Shown here in pieces: positions 12,454 to 25,880 of a stretch of 64,000 nt of DNA. The first letter of the stretch is position 1; every line of letters starts with the position of its first letter. The position numbers were made by a program, and so were the translations under genes. The notes under the pieces are model-generated. The model saw nothing but the letters and a program-made list of their open reading frames with translations, had not been told where the DNA came from and did no database searches. The stretch lies in contig OX597820.1 of the NCBI GenBank assembly GCA_951406725.2, positions 117,738,001 to 117,802,000 on the forward strand. Reading direction: 5' to 3'. This DNA comes from Octopus vulgaris. Lineage: Eukaryota.

Positions 12454-12619
12454 CTACAAGACAAATTAGGTTTGTAATATTAATTATTTCCAACATAGAA
12501 AGGTTACAAATGTTAGGAGGAGGGGAGAGTGAAATATATTGGCCTTGGTACTTATCAAAAATATGAAAAACTATGTTGACTTTGGCAAGATTTGAACCAA
12601 TAATCCTTTTTATTATAGA

Positions 12620-12991
12620 CTAGCAGTATCGCCCGGCATTGCTCGGGTTTGTAAGGGAAATAACTATATAAGCATTTTTAGAGTTATAGCCAAAAAATGC
12701 ATTAAAAATGGTAAAAAATTATGGTAAATTTTTTTTTAAATCGTTGACTAATTATAGACATTTTTAGAGAGTTACTTCCCTTATATAATAGCGAAAAATG
12801 CATTAAAATGGAAAAAAATAATGGTAAATTTTTTTTTAAATCGTAGACTCATGCTAATACCCAGAAGGGCTCGATATGAATCACGACTATAAGATACCCG
12901 GTTTTGGTTAAACTGCACCGCAAAATGTGGGAGTAGTTAGGAATCTAAATCGTAGGAGACAGACAGACAACTTCACTTTTATATATAAAGA
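12620..12991 (-). mobile_element. Non-autonomous Helitron
   Basis: Minus strand starts A/TC (TCTTTATATATAAA), has a (GTCT)n tract and ends with hairpin CCCGAGCAATGCCGGG followed by CTAG/T; no TSD. Confidence 0.8.
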
Positions 12992-14552
12992 TGATGACAA
13001 TGATGACACAAGATCTGAAATTTTGAGGGAGGGAACTAATCAATTACATTGACCCCAACCAAAAAAAAAAAAAAAAAAAAAAAAAAGGCCTTATGGCAAA
13101 GTAGACCTCGGTAGAATCCCAACTCAGAAAATAAGTATGGATGAAACACCTGAGAGTATTTGAACTAATAAACGACTGTAATACAGGTAGGAGGACTGAA
13201 ATTTGGAGAGAGGGATTGTGTCACCATAATCAACCCCAGTTCTCGACTATTTATCCCAAATGAATGAAAGTCAGTTAACTCGTGAGAGAGAGATTTGAAC
13301 TCAGAACCATAAACACCTAAAACAAGGAATTGTTTTGGGCTTTTTTTTTTGTTTTTTGGGGGAGGGGGTTTCTGATGCTCTAATAATTTTCTTCCAATCA
13401 TTGTTTAACGTCTGTTTTCCATGCTGGCGTGGGTTGGACAGTTTGACTGAAAACTGAAAGGGGGGGAATGCACTAAGTTCTAATCTGATCTGGCAAGGTT
13501 TCTACGGCTAGATGCCCTTCCTAATGCCAACCACACCGAGAGTGTAGAGTGCTTTTTACATGCCACCGGCATAGATGCCATTGGCCACAACTATGGTCAC
13601 ACTTGGCTTGACAGGTCAACACAAGCACGGTATATCGCCAAGGGCCGTGGTCACCTGTCACTGCCTCCACGAAGCCTAAGGCTTTTAATGGTGCCAATCA
13701 AGCAAATCATCTTTTCACTCGATAATGGTCCATTCTCTCAATTTTATTCAGGCAGATTTTATGGTTAAATGCCTTTCCTGTTGCTACCCTTCCTAGATTT
13801 CAAGGAATAATGCCAAGAACTCAATACCAAAATTTACATTTTATTTAAACATAAATAAAGGACAATTCAGCTTTTGAAGAAAATACAACACAAATACTCG
13901 GCACTTTTTACCATTCTTTCAGTCAACAATGAAATAGGACAATCTACCAGACGGCAAGCTGGCAGACTCGTTAGCATGTCGGGTGAAATGCTTAGCGGTA
14001 TTTCATCTGCCGTTATGTTCTGAGTTCAAATTCCGCAAAGGTCGACTTTGCCTTTCATCCTTTCGGGATTGATTAAAATAAGTACCAGTTATGCACTTAA
14101 TCCGTTTGTCTGTCCTCTCTGTGTTTAGCCCCTTGTGGGTAGTAAAGAAATAGGACAATCTACCACACAAAAGGAAGAGTTCTCATTATGAGTTCAAAAT
14201 CTCACTCGACATGCTAGAATTTGACAGCCAAATCTCCCCCAGATCCCATTCAGTATTAAAAACAAAGGACTCAACACCATCTAACCTATGTTAGTGTATG
14301 TGTGCCTTGACATCGATATTGCTTTGCTAGCAGTGGCATCATTCAGGTCTCCCATAAACACAAAATCTGATAGTGTCTTGACACGGAAAGAAGTGGGAAT
14401 AAAGTACATAAAAATGAGGATTATGTCTGACCCGGGGCTAAACAGTAATTGTTTTCTTTATAAACAAATACTTCTTGGTAACTTTTGATTATTTTGAAAA
14501 TTAATTAAAACACACAGACTATCGTTAGAGTCAAAAAGGGTTAAATACCCAC

Positions 14553-14636
14553 CTTGTTACCACCTTGGTCAACGTATCTGGCAGTGTTATTAAAAACTCT
14601 CAACATGGGCAGCAAACCATTTGAGTTACCGTTTGT
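14553..14636 (-). CDS. RRM1: RRM1 exon 10 ([28 protein letters not shown])
   Basis: 84 nt, AG/GT; specificity loop 2 YVDQGGNK. Confidence 0.97.
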
Positions 14637-16244
14637 CTAATTGAAAGAAAGAAAAAAGAAAAATATATATATATATACATGCATTATATTAAAGACAGAT
14701 ATTTATATTTACACAAAAAGGAGGGATTAGAGAAAACATTTTTTCCTATTTAGTTACAAAGCTCTGCATTAAGAGTTCAAATTCCACTAGTGAACTTTGC
14801 GTTTCATTTCTATGCCAGCCCTCCCCCAAATAAGTACCAAATGTACAAAGAGGTTTCATTTAATCAATTCCATCCTCTATACATTTGCCCTGTACCAATA
14901 CAAAAGAAATAAAGAGTAGTCAATACCATTATGAATAATTCTCCATACTAAACCACTCCTGTTTAGAAACTACCAATACTAAGGCGGCGAGTTGGCAGAA
15001 ACGTTAGCAAGCCAGACGAAATGCTTTGTGGTATTTCGTCCGCCACTGCGTTCTGAGTTCAAATTCCGCCGAGGTCAACTTTACCTTTCATCCTTTCAGG
15101 GTCAATAAATTAAATACCAGTTACGCACCGGGGTCGATGTAATCGACTTAATCCCTTTGTCTGTCCTTGTTTGTCCCCTCTATGTTTAGCCCCTTGTGGA
15201 CAATAAAGAAATAAGAAACTACCAATATTATTTACTATGGCATCGATGTGGCTGTGTGGGCAAGAAGCTTGCTTCCCAACTCTCTTGAGCAAGAGTCTTT
15301 TACTAGAGTTCCAGGCTACAACAGATGGAAACTGAAAGAAGCCTGTCGTGTGTTTAGGCTAAATGAAGGTTGTAAACGAGCATCACCCTCATACAAGCAA
15401 CACTGTTCATTTTCCTGTAAAAAAGAAAAAAATATGCCCCGTAATGGGAAATACTATTTTGCTTGGAACCTGGCAAAAGTTAATGACAGGAACAGTTTCT
15501 GATCCTAGAAAACCTGCTTCAATAATTTACATTTGATCCATGTAAGCATGGAGAAGTGGATATTAAATTAAATCAAAAATCAAAGAATCAAATCAAAATC
15601 GATGATCAATGGAATTTGTAGTTTTGTGGTACCAGTGCTGGTGGCACATAAGAAAACCATCCGAACGTGGCCGTAGCCAGTACCGTGTCGACTGGCCTCC
15701 GTGCTGGTGGCACGTAAAAAACACCATCCGAGCATGGCCGTTTGCCAGCCTCGTCTGGCACCTGTGTCGGTGGCACATAAAAGGCACCCACTACACTCAG
15801 AGTGGTTGGCGTTAGGAAGGGCATCGAAATATAGAAACACTGCCAGATCAGACTGGGCCTGGTGCAGCCTTTGGGCTCCCCAGACCCCAGTTGAACCGTC
15901 CAACCCATGCTAGCATGGAAAGCGGACGTTAAACGATGATGATGACCTTTATTCCCTATGGAGTTACCCTAAGGATCAACAGACTCTTATAAAAGCTTTA
16001 CTCAAACAAGCAAGAGAAAACAAGACGAGGAAAGGGGGAAAACATGACCATAAGTCTAACATCATTTAACATTTTTCTTCCATGCAGGCATCGGTTGGAC
16101 CACGACACCTACAAACTAACATCGATTCCAATCGTAGACGCTCAAGAGTGGAGAGGAGGAAAGTGTAGTCAAATCAACCTCCATTATCTGACTTTGTCAA
16201 GCGAGGAAGGATAAAGGTATTGATATATGGACGTCAAAACTTAC

Positions 16245-16386
16245 ACCAGCAATGTAGCTGCCAAAACTGCGAATATTGTGTACATGCACACCAATTCCAC
16301 CCGCATTCTTGGAAATGAGTGCGCACTGTTTCAATGTGTCGTAGATGCCTTCTATACTGTCAGACTGCATTGCTAACAGGAAACAG
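16245..16386 (-). CDS. RRM1: RRM1 exon 9 ([33 protein letters not shown]...YIAG)
   Basis: 142 nt, AG/GTAAG; SCF redox-active cysteine, DSIEGI and AGGIG motifs. Confidence 0.97.
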
Positions 16387-17273
16387 CTGAAAGAAAAGCA
16401 GTAAATATAAGAATACTAACATGCTATCTTAAAGATAGTGTTCTGGAAATGACTCAAGCTTTGATTCTATCACATCAACACAATGAATGAAGCCAGGGAA
16501 GTAAATGAAGGTTAAAAGTTATTGGAATGGAGGAATTCACATTTGCTAAAATCACTTCCTGCTCCCCTACACAACCATGCAAATTTACCCACCACATCTT
16601 CACTCATCCTCTTTTCTAAATGTGAGCAACCATGCAGCTCCTCTACAAACACCTGCTCTACCCAAACCTCGTCCCCTAGCATGAAGCCCTTCCTCAGAAG
16701 CCAGTCTTGTGCTGGTGGCACGAAAAATGCACCCAGTACACACTATACAGTGATTAGCATTAGGAAGGACAACCAGCCATAAAAACTATACCAAAGCAGA
16801 CAGTGGAGCAGAATGGCATTCCTTGGATCCATCAGATCCTGTCAAACTACCCAATCCATGCCAGCATGGAAAGCGGACGTTAAACGATGATGATGATGAG
16901 AGCAAAGGTGCATGGCCTGGTAGTTACAATCACAAGATCAGGAATTCAATTTCCAGACTAAGCAATGCATTGTTCTTGAGCAACACACTTCAGTTCACAT
17001 TGCTCCCGCCCACTGATCTACGAACAGCTCCCCTGCAATGGACTGGCATCCTGTTCAAGGATAATGCTATGATCCCAGTCACTCCTATTGCCATGGAAAT
17101 CAGCTCTGTGAGCCCTATAACTCAAGACATTAATACCCATGGGTTGACAATAACCAATAGGCATTCGACACAGCTTGCTATTCTGAACCAAGTCCCACAA
17201 GGCCTGGCTAATTACATCAACAATCCAATGGGTTATTCACCTGTATGTGACCATTGAAGAGAGATCAACTTAC

Positions 17274-17359
17274 CTGGACATTTGAGGACGATTTGTGCCA
17301 GAATTAAAGAGTGTTGGAGAGGCATGGGTGAACCATTTTTCAGACATCAGATTGTATGA
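17274..17359 (-). CDS. RRM1: RRM1 exon 8 ([28 protein letters not shown])
   Basis: 86 nt, [15 protein letters not shown] motif. Confidence 0.96.
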
Positions 17360-19093
17360 CTGAAGAAAAAAAAAAAGAAAAGAAATTTTGATTCAAGCCA
17401 GAAATAAAAACAAAACTTCAATTACATGTCTTTTGTAAGCAACAGCCTTTTCACTGGTTGAAGAGTTCTGAATGATCCAAGCCTTTCATAAGAGAGGATT
17501 CCCGTGCAACTCAGGAAGAACACCACAAGCTATTCTCATTGAAATAGCCCACCCTACTGGTTTCCTTTCTCGTGTGCACATTTGCCACATATATCAGTAA
17601 ATTTTATATATATATACACACAGAGAGTATTACCTTGATTTTTGAACAACTCCGATCGCGAATATATCAGGAGATAGATAAATAGATTGATAGGTAATAC
17701 ATTATAAAGCACAATTTATTTGTAATTAAAGTTGTTCAAAAACCAAGGTTTATATAGACAGACAGACAGATGGATGGATAGAGAGAGAGAAAGATTGCTG
17801 ATATAGCATAGTAGTTAAGAAGTTTGCTTCTCAACCATGTGGCCTCTGGTTTAATTCCATTGTGTGACACTTTAGGCAAGTGTCTTCTATAGACCAAGGC
17901 TTGCAAAAGCCTTGAGAGGATTTGATAGATGGAAACTGAAAGAAGCCTGTGTCTTCCTCTCTTGATACCACATGTTAGTTGTAAATGAGAATCAGTCAAA
18001 GAAGCAATGCTATTCATTTGCAGTGTTCTGTGAAGACATCTGGCCATGAGGAAGCATTGTTTGGAAACAGGCGAAGGTTGGTGACTGGAAGAGCATCTGG
18101 CTGTGGAAAATCTGCCTCACCAGAACAGATCCATGCAGGCACAGAAAAGTTGACATCAAAAATCAGGATGCCAGTTACCTTTTACCAAATTCTTCACATT
18201 CCTCTTGCCTTCTCTTTCACCTCATCCCAATACCCCTATACATTCTTGTCTGTGAATCCCGTGCCCATTCCCATCTTCTGAATTCCTCTCCTAGAACCAC
18301 ATTCCCATCTGGCCTCGAACCCTTTTGTCTTTCATTACAAACCTCACCTGAAATAAAAGATTCTCACATTTGCAACATAAAAGCATCAAACAAACGCAGC
18401 AGCAGCAGCAACAATGGTAATTCCTCTCCAATGCTGTTTTACTTGCTTCAGTCATTTGACTGCGGCCATGCTGGAGCACCGCCTTTTTAGTCGAGCAAAT
18501 GGACCCCGGGACTTATTCTTTGTAAGCCCAGTGCTTATTCTATCGGTTTCTTTTGCCGAACCACTAAGTGACGGGGACGTAAACACACCAGCATCGGTTG
18601 TCAAGCAATGCTAGGGGGACAAACACAGACACACAAGCACACATATATACGACAGGCTTCTTTCAGTTTCCGTCTACCAATCCACTAACAAGGCATTGGT
18701 CGGCCCAGGGCTATAGCAGAAGACACTTGCCCAAGGTGCCACGCAGTGGGACTGAACCCAGAACCATGTGGTTGGTAAGCAAGCTACTTACCACACAGCC
18801 ACTCCTGCGCTCTCTATAGTGACCAAATCATTCTGAGCAGCAGCCATTCTTCTTAGAGCTTTACTCAAAAGAATTATTCTAACTCTGCACCATTTCCAAT
18901 GAAAGAGAAGCGAAATGCTTAAGAGGTGTGTCTTAATCACATACACAATACCAGTCATTAACTGGTTACCCACTACACTATCCATTCGATCAAATGCCTT
19001 GAGCACAGTTGTATCTTTGTTAATCAGTTCTCATCAGATTTTAAAATAGTCAAATGAGAAAATTCCCAAACCAAATCTGCAAAGGCGCCTTAC

Positions 19094-19170
19094 CTCTATG
19101 GCAGCATTTATATCATCTTGGTGGATGCCAACTGCTACCCTCATCAACATGTGCTGAGGGCGTTCAGCAA
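19094..19170 (-). CDS. RRM1: RRM1 exon 7 ([26 protein letters not shown])
   Basis: 77 nt, [17 protein letters not shown] motif. Confidence 0.96.
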
Positions 19171-20248
19171 CTAAAAACACAAAAAAAAAAAAAACATTTT
19201 TAAACTTTTACTTTATTGAAATCATGGGAAAAAAAAAAAAGTTTAAAAAAAAAATTGGGGAAAAAAAAATAGTTGTGCATAATAACCCAATATATTAAAG
19301 AAAAGCAAGGAAATTATCCCATAATATATTTGACTGCAAATTTTGAAACGGGGAGGGGGTCAATTATATTGACCCCAGTGCACAGCAGGTACTTCTTTTA
19401 TCAACCCTGAAAGGATGAAAGGTAAAGCTGACCTCAACAGAATTTGAACCCACGGTAAATTCAGCCAGCTCACCACATCCAACAATATATTAGATGTTGT
19501 TGATTGACTAAAATAACCCCCCCCCCCCCATTGTTAGAGAAACAAAAATGACCACCACCCTTTACATTGAAACTAATAAACTTCCCTTTAGTAGAGAGTC
19601 AGTTTGGGTTGCCAGAGCGGCTAACTAGCTTCCATGCCGGTGGCACGTAAAAGGTACCATTCAAGCGTGATCGTTACCAGCGTCACCTGTGACGGTGGCA
19701 TGTGTAAAAAGATTTGAGTGAGGTTATTGCCAGTACCGCCTGACTGGCACGTAAAAGCACCCACTACACTCTCGGAGTGGTTGGCGTTAGGAAGGACATC
19801 CAGCTGTAGAAGCTCTGCCAGATCAAGATTGGAGCCTGGTGCAGTCATCTGGTTCGCCAGTCCTCAGTCAAAATCGTCCAACCCATGCCAGCATGGAAAG
19901 CTGACATTAAACGATGATGATGATGACAACAATGGCTGTAAACACAAGAAGTGTGCCATTGGTGATGCTGGCATCAATAGTCCAGATCCTTCCAGATGGA
20001 GTAGACCCATCAGCAAAGGGATTCTAATCATCACCATCTCAAGCCAGACCCACCCCTTTTTTCCTCAGAATATCAACATTATCCAAGGTATCTTTCTTTG
20101 AAGCTGTTTGGGTGCAGCTGATAAGGATTTGGCTGCTGTTTCTAATAGGTTGAATGAGGTGGAGCCTTGTGACATGTTGTCACACTGATTTGACCTGGAA
20201 ACTACATGATGGAAATGTCTGTGGAATACTCAACAGAAGAATGAATAC

Positions 20249-20288
20249 CTTTGTCATTAATCTTCAGGAGGTACGACCGTTCCAATGT
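20249..20288 (-). CDS. RRM1: RRM1 exon 6 (TLERSYLLKINDK)
   Basis: 40 nt, polypyrimidine+CAG acceptor, GT donor, TLERSYLL motif. Confidence 0.95.
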
Positions 20289-20404
20289 CTGGCAAAAAAA
20301 AAAAAAAAAAAGATCAAATCTATTTTAGGACTGCAATAAATATAATAAACAACAACAAATAAAACCAACTACTTCTATGTAAATTACACAAACATGTTCC
20401 ATAT

Positions 20405-20613
20405 ATAAAAAGGTGAATAAACTGTCGTCTGAATTATGCAAAAATGAAAACACTGACATCTCATTTTAACAGATGTATTTACCAAAATTACATAAAAATA
20501 TCTTGAAATACTAAGGAGTAAATTTATTCAATAAAATCGCCATTGGCTTCAACTACAGCCTCCAGATGACCACAGAATCTCCAGCAACTTTTCTGGAAGC
20601 TCTCTTTCTTCAA
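20405..20613 (-). mobile_element. Tc1/mariner-superfamily remnant (C-terminal part of the same element)
   Basis: Minus strand reads LKKESFQKSCWRFCGHLEAVVEANGDFIE*, a typical Tc1/maT C-terminus. Confidence 0.7.
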
Positions 20614-22785
20614 CCTTTTAGTGTTCAGAGCAGCTAAAACTGGCCGAAAATTATTCCCCTTTATTTGTTTGAACCAACAAAATCTCAGATTCCTCTACGA
20701 AATCTTTAAAAAAAATAAATCTCATTTTTTGAATTGTCGTAGCTTTGAGATAATGCAAGATAAAAAAACTTTTCCCACCTTTATTCAAGTAAAGGTGTAG
20801 TGAAATTTTTGAGACTTCTTGGTCTTTTGCAATGTTTGAAAAGAAGTGTATATCTTACTTTGTAAGATGGTGCCAGCAAGTAGCGATTCTGACTTTGAAG
20901 GTTTTTACTCTTGAGGATGTACCAAATATAAATGAAAACAACAGTAATTTATTTGTCTTGAGACGAATCTGATATTGATATTTATGAACCTTCGTCAGAT
21001 GAGGAAGATTTTGATAACGTAAGTGATAAAAATGACAATGATATTGAAAACATTACATCAACCAAAATTCCTGATTTCACAGAAAAGTCCGGTCCACAAC
21101 AGTCTATCTCCCAATGCACAACCATTTGACTATTTACTTTTCTTTTTACAGATAAGCTTTTTTGAAACTGTCTCAGAGGAAACAAAAAAATACGCTCAAC
21201 AAATAATTTCTATTTGCAGAAGACCTGTTCCACTATGGCAGTCAACTGATACTGCAGAAATGGGAGTTTTTTTCACTATAAACATTATATTTGGTATCAA
21301 GCAGCTTCCTTGATTATGGAATTGCTGGAGTCCTGATATAAGGTATGGTGATCCATATCTCTCTAGCATGATGTCAAAGATTAGGTATTCGAAAATATTT
21401 CAATATTTGCATTTAGTTGATTCCGCTAATGACCCCAGCAAAAACAACCCAAACTACGATCCCCTGTATAAAGTACGCCCTGTTATTGATTTGCTTTGTG
21501 ATAGGTACAAAACTGTATCTGCCAGGGAAAAATCTGTGTAGATGAAGCCACGATAGGTTATAAGGGCAGGGTACATTTTCGGCAGTACATGCCTGCCAAA
21601 CCCACTAAATGATGTATCAAGGTATGGGAAGCCTGTGAATCAGACACAGGATATTGTGTGCACTTTGATGTCTACACAGGTAAAAATAGTGGAAACGGAC
21701 CATTTGGGTTGGGATATGATGTAGTATGGTCTCTAACTGAGCCATTTCACCATCAACACCAGCACTTCTATTTTGACCGTTTTTTTTTTCTTCAATGGCT
21801 TTGGCAGAACATCTTGCCTGTGAAAGTACTTACATGTGCAGTACTATTATGGGCAACCGCAAAGGTTAATTGTGTGAAATGAAAACAAAATTTTTAAAAA
21901 GAGGGGACATTCTACTGATGCAAAAACAAAATTTGTTAGCAACTTTATACAAAGAGAAAAGACAGATTTAATTTCTATCTGCCAGTGAACAGCCTGGTGT
22001 CGGTGCCGAGGAGAAACCCCTGTGAATATTTGCTATAATGAATGTATGGGTGGGGGTTGACAAACCCAACCAGTATTGGGCATACTACCCAATTGGACGA
22101 CCTGGAAAGAAATGGCAGAGGTACATTTTGTGGTTTTTAGTAAATTCAACTATCGTTAATTCCTATATTGTGTAAAAAGCCAAATGGCACATCCGCCACA
22201 AGACGACTACGACCATTTGACATTTTGGGCTGACATATGCACCTCAGTTACGCGAGGGTTTTTCTTTCAGAAAGCACAGAACTAAGGGAAAAGCATAATT
22301 AACTGAGGTGAGTGTCAAGAGAAACAATATTGACTTCCGTAAAGTGATTAAGATAAATGGAGGGAAAAAATTTGCAGACTGTGTTTGGTGGAAAAACAAG
22401 AAAAACTCCAAAAGGAGATCAGGTCTTGACCTCATCTATGATTTTACGAAGTGCTCTTGTGTAAAGGGTGCCTTGGACAGGTTCACAATAGAAATATGGA
22501 ATAACTACATTTTGTTATTTTGATAGTAATACTATCATATATTCCTTCCATTTTATTACAAATAATATGTGAAAGTGAGAAATCCATATTAATTTTCAGT
22601 ATGTTACACACCTGTATTCACCTTTGTCTCACCTGTTAATGAGCTTTTTTTTTTATTAGTTACATTCTGTTAAGTAAATATATTCATTAAATTGTATAAG
22701 AGTACATAGCCAATGACCAGAAAAAAGAGTTTTGTACTTTATATTCAATGAAAATGTTTGAATGAAATATAAAGAAAAAAATCTC
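20614..22785 (+). mobile_element. Decayed piggyBac (PGBD-like) transposon
   Basis: DEATIGYKGRVHFRQYMPAKPTK*CIKVW at 21541, YFDRFF near 21770, YNECMGGVD near 22035, with stops and frameshifts; left end CCTTTTAGTGTT resembles the local piggyBac MITE termini. Confidence 0.85.
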
Positions 22786-23340
22786 GTCAAGGGGTTTGCT
22801 GTCTGGGGAGTTAGGTGGCCAGATGTTAGGGGTGATGTGGTCGCAGAAATTGTCTGAAAGCCATGACTGGGCTTCCCTGATTGTGTGGCATTCTGCAGAG
22901 TTCTGTTGCCAGACATAGGGTCTTCCAGCAGCCACCCTCTTGACCCAGGGCAGCACTACTTCCTCCAGGCATTTAATGTAGGCCTGTGTTGAGTATGAGG
23001 CCGTGGGGGAAGATGAATGGAGGCATAACATCACCATCACTGGTGATCACTCCAAACACTATGATGTTGACTGGATGTTCGATTTTTATCCCTCTCAGTA
23101 CATGTCCTCAGACTGACATCCAAACACTCTGAAGTGTTCCTATTGGAGCTTCCGGTGCAAATGCCAAGCAGTACAGCATGTCATTTCCTAATTCCTGGCA
23201 GAATGAATGGCATCATGGTGCTGTTTTTCTCACAGACGGTGCCCAACTGACCCTACCATACTGTGTAGTTGACAAAATCAAAAACAATGCAAATGCATGA
23301 AACTAGAAATATGAAATGGTGACAATTTACCTATCAAACC
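22786..23340 (-). mobile_element. Tc1/mariner-superfamily transposase remnant (N-terminal part)
   Basis: YVWQQNSAECH and WPPNSPDSKPLD (consensus WPPNSPDLNPLD). Confidence 0.8.
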
Positions 23341-23360
23341 CTTATACATGCTTGTGTGTC

Positions 23361-23395
<35 letters not shown>

Positions 23396-24233
23396 AATAA
23401 GCAACAAGAATGGATCCGGTAATTTAGTACAATTGTTTCATACTATAACATTTTATTAAAAGCTGTAAATATTACAGCAGATATAATATGTCAAGTAATC
23501 TTCAGCTAATTTCATATTGGTTTTCCAATAATATAAAGTTCTCAAAAATCAATTAGCAACATCCTAGAGAAGGTAGAAGGCTGGCTTCCGTGCCGTTGGC
23601 ACGTTAAAGCACCGACCGATCGTGGCCGATGCCAGATCCCCCTGGCACCTGTGCAGGTGGCACGTAAAAAGCACCCACTACACTCGCGGAGTGGTTGGCG
23701 TTAGGAAAGGCATCCGGCTGTAGAAACACTGCCAGATCAGACTGGAGCCTGGTGCAGCCCCAAGCTTCCCAGACCCCGGTCGAACCGTCCAAACCGTGCT
23801 AGCGCGAAAAACGAACGTTAAACGATGATGATGATGATATATTGCCAACAGGAACAATTGCTATCATGGCTTTTTAGATTGATGACCAAACTTTTTTATT
23901 TGGTAAAATAAATATTTTATTAGGTTCCATAATGGTTCACCTTCTTTAAGACCCTTAGAATTCTGTAAACTCAAGTGACATACATTCTACATAGAGTTGC
24001 ACAACAAATTTAAAATCAGAGCCTCTACATAGTAACCATTAGGAATGGTTAAATCTTCCTCAAATGTCACCCACTGAAGCCAGGTAACCAACAATGATTC
24101 TGTTCCCAAAATGCATAATAATGGAAAATAAAGAAACCAGACAGTTGTGTGGACGATTCTTACACTCAGTGTCTTTTCTAATTTAAAACATTCATAGAAT
24201 TGAGAAATTCGAAATACAGAAGGTAAAATATAC

Positions 24234-24293
24234 CTTGAACCCGAAGTAATTATATTTGTAATCTCTGTCATGAATAATTGCAGAATTCAATTT
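24234..24293 (-). CDS. RRM1: RRM1 exon 5 (KLNSAIIHDRDYKYNYFGFK)
   Basis: 60 nt, AG/GT, conserved RDxxYNYFGFK. Confidence 0.95.
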
Positions 24294-25066
24294 CTGAAAA
24301 GAAAGTAAAAGAATTTATTAACAATTCTTATTTGTTCAAAATATACAAAAAATTAAAGCATCAATTTAATTCTTCAGTCTGATAAATTTTCAGCATTTAA
24401 GAACTGCCACCCAACAGTGGCATGGTTGCTCGTCAAATTGTTGTCCAACAGTTGACTGCTTTGTAAACGGTTAAGTCGACTGTCTTATATTTTGGTTGTT
24501 TTATTTCTTTTTTAGTTTGGTTAAAAAGAATGGCATCGATGGTCCTACATTTGCACAGTTCTGTTTAAACTGGAGGGAATTCCAGAGGGAATAAAGACCA
24601 AGGCTTCAGATCTTTTGACCAACAGATTTTAATAATTTTTTGTAACTGAACACTTTTGAACTTCAGACACTGGTAGAATGTGTCATATAAAACATCTTTT
24701 ACTCTTAGCGTTTTTGCGAAAAGCTTATATTTAGGAAGTTATTTCAGGTTAAAGTTGTCGTATTTCGGTAATTTCAACCAATCAATGACATGTATCCAGC
24801 TGAATAAAATTACTGCTGTTGTTTGTCAACAACAACTATTGGAGGTGTATTTTTCATTTGTCACTGTTATTTGACATCATTCATGCGTTTGTACTGGTTT
24901 TAGCTTAAAGGTTTTAGGGTTAGGGTTGTCAAAAATAACAGTGACAAACGAAATATGCACCTCCTTTCAGACAAGACACATAATGCAGAAAACAAAACAG
25001 TTAAATTACATGTCTACCAAAGTTACAATTAATTGCAGACAAAATTCTTAAATGTAAAATTCTTGC

Positions 25067-25167
25067 CTCTTGGTTGCTTTTGATTAATTCAAAAATATGT
25101 GGTGCAATCTTTGGAGAGTGTTTACCAGTCCTATGGTTCACGTAGTTGTAAAGATCTTCCATAACAT
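25067..25167 (-). CDS. RRM1: RRM1 exon 4 (DVMEDLYNYVNHRTGKHSPKIAPHIFELIKSNQE)
   Basis: 101 nt, ttttctag acceptor; in-frame joining to exon 5 requires a GC donor (GAG/GCAAG). Confidence 0.9.
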
Positions 25168-25308
25168 CTAGAAAAGATAGAGAACAACATCTGTAGTCAT
25201 ACTAACAGACTTAGCTGTATCAATCTACTTCTATTGACATTTAACATAACTGGGGGAAGGGGAAAAACATCACAAGGTTCTATCAATTCTGGTTTATATA
25301 CATACTTA

Positions 25309-25880
25309 TATGAGGGTGAGTCAAAAATTAATGCCACTTTGTGTATGACAGGTATAATTACCAACACAGGAACATGTATCCTACACCAAAATGAAGCTGG
25401 TCCTCTGTGGATCACATCCCTACTCCTCAACATTGTCACCGTTTCTCTCAATAGCAATGTTCCACCTTCAAATGAGAGCATGTATCCCTGCCCTGTAAAA
25501 TTCTGATGACTGTTCTTTGAGCCACTTCTTGTTCACTACAGTTTTCACTCCCTCGTCACTGGAATAATTTAGCATCTTCAGACTATCATCTCTTCAACCC
25601 CATGAAAGAGGGTTTGAGAGGCAAACATTATTCCAGTGACAAAGAAGTGAAAACTGTAGTGAAGAAGTGGCTCAAACAACAGTCAACAGAATTTTACCGG
25701 GCAGGGATACATGCTCTCATTCGGTGGAACATTGCTATTGAGAGAAACGGTGACTATGTTGAGGAGTAGGGATGTGATCCACAGAGGACCAGCTTCATTT
25801 TGATGTATGATACATGTTCCTGTGTTGGTAATTATACCTGTCCTAAACAGAATGGCATTAATTTTTGACTCACCTTCATA
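25309..25880. mobile_element. Mariner-derived fold-back element built from two inverted transposase 3' ends
   Basis: About 260-bp inverted arms (TA-TGAGGGTGAGTCAAAAATTAATGCCA...); plus arm reads PMKEGLRGKHYSSDKEVK...EFYRAGIHALIR.WNIAIERNGDYVEE*. Confidence 0.85.
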
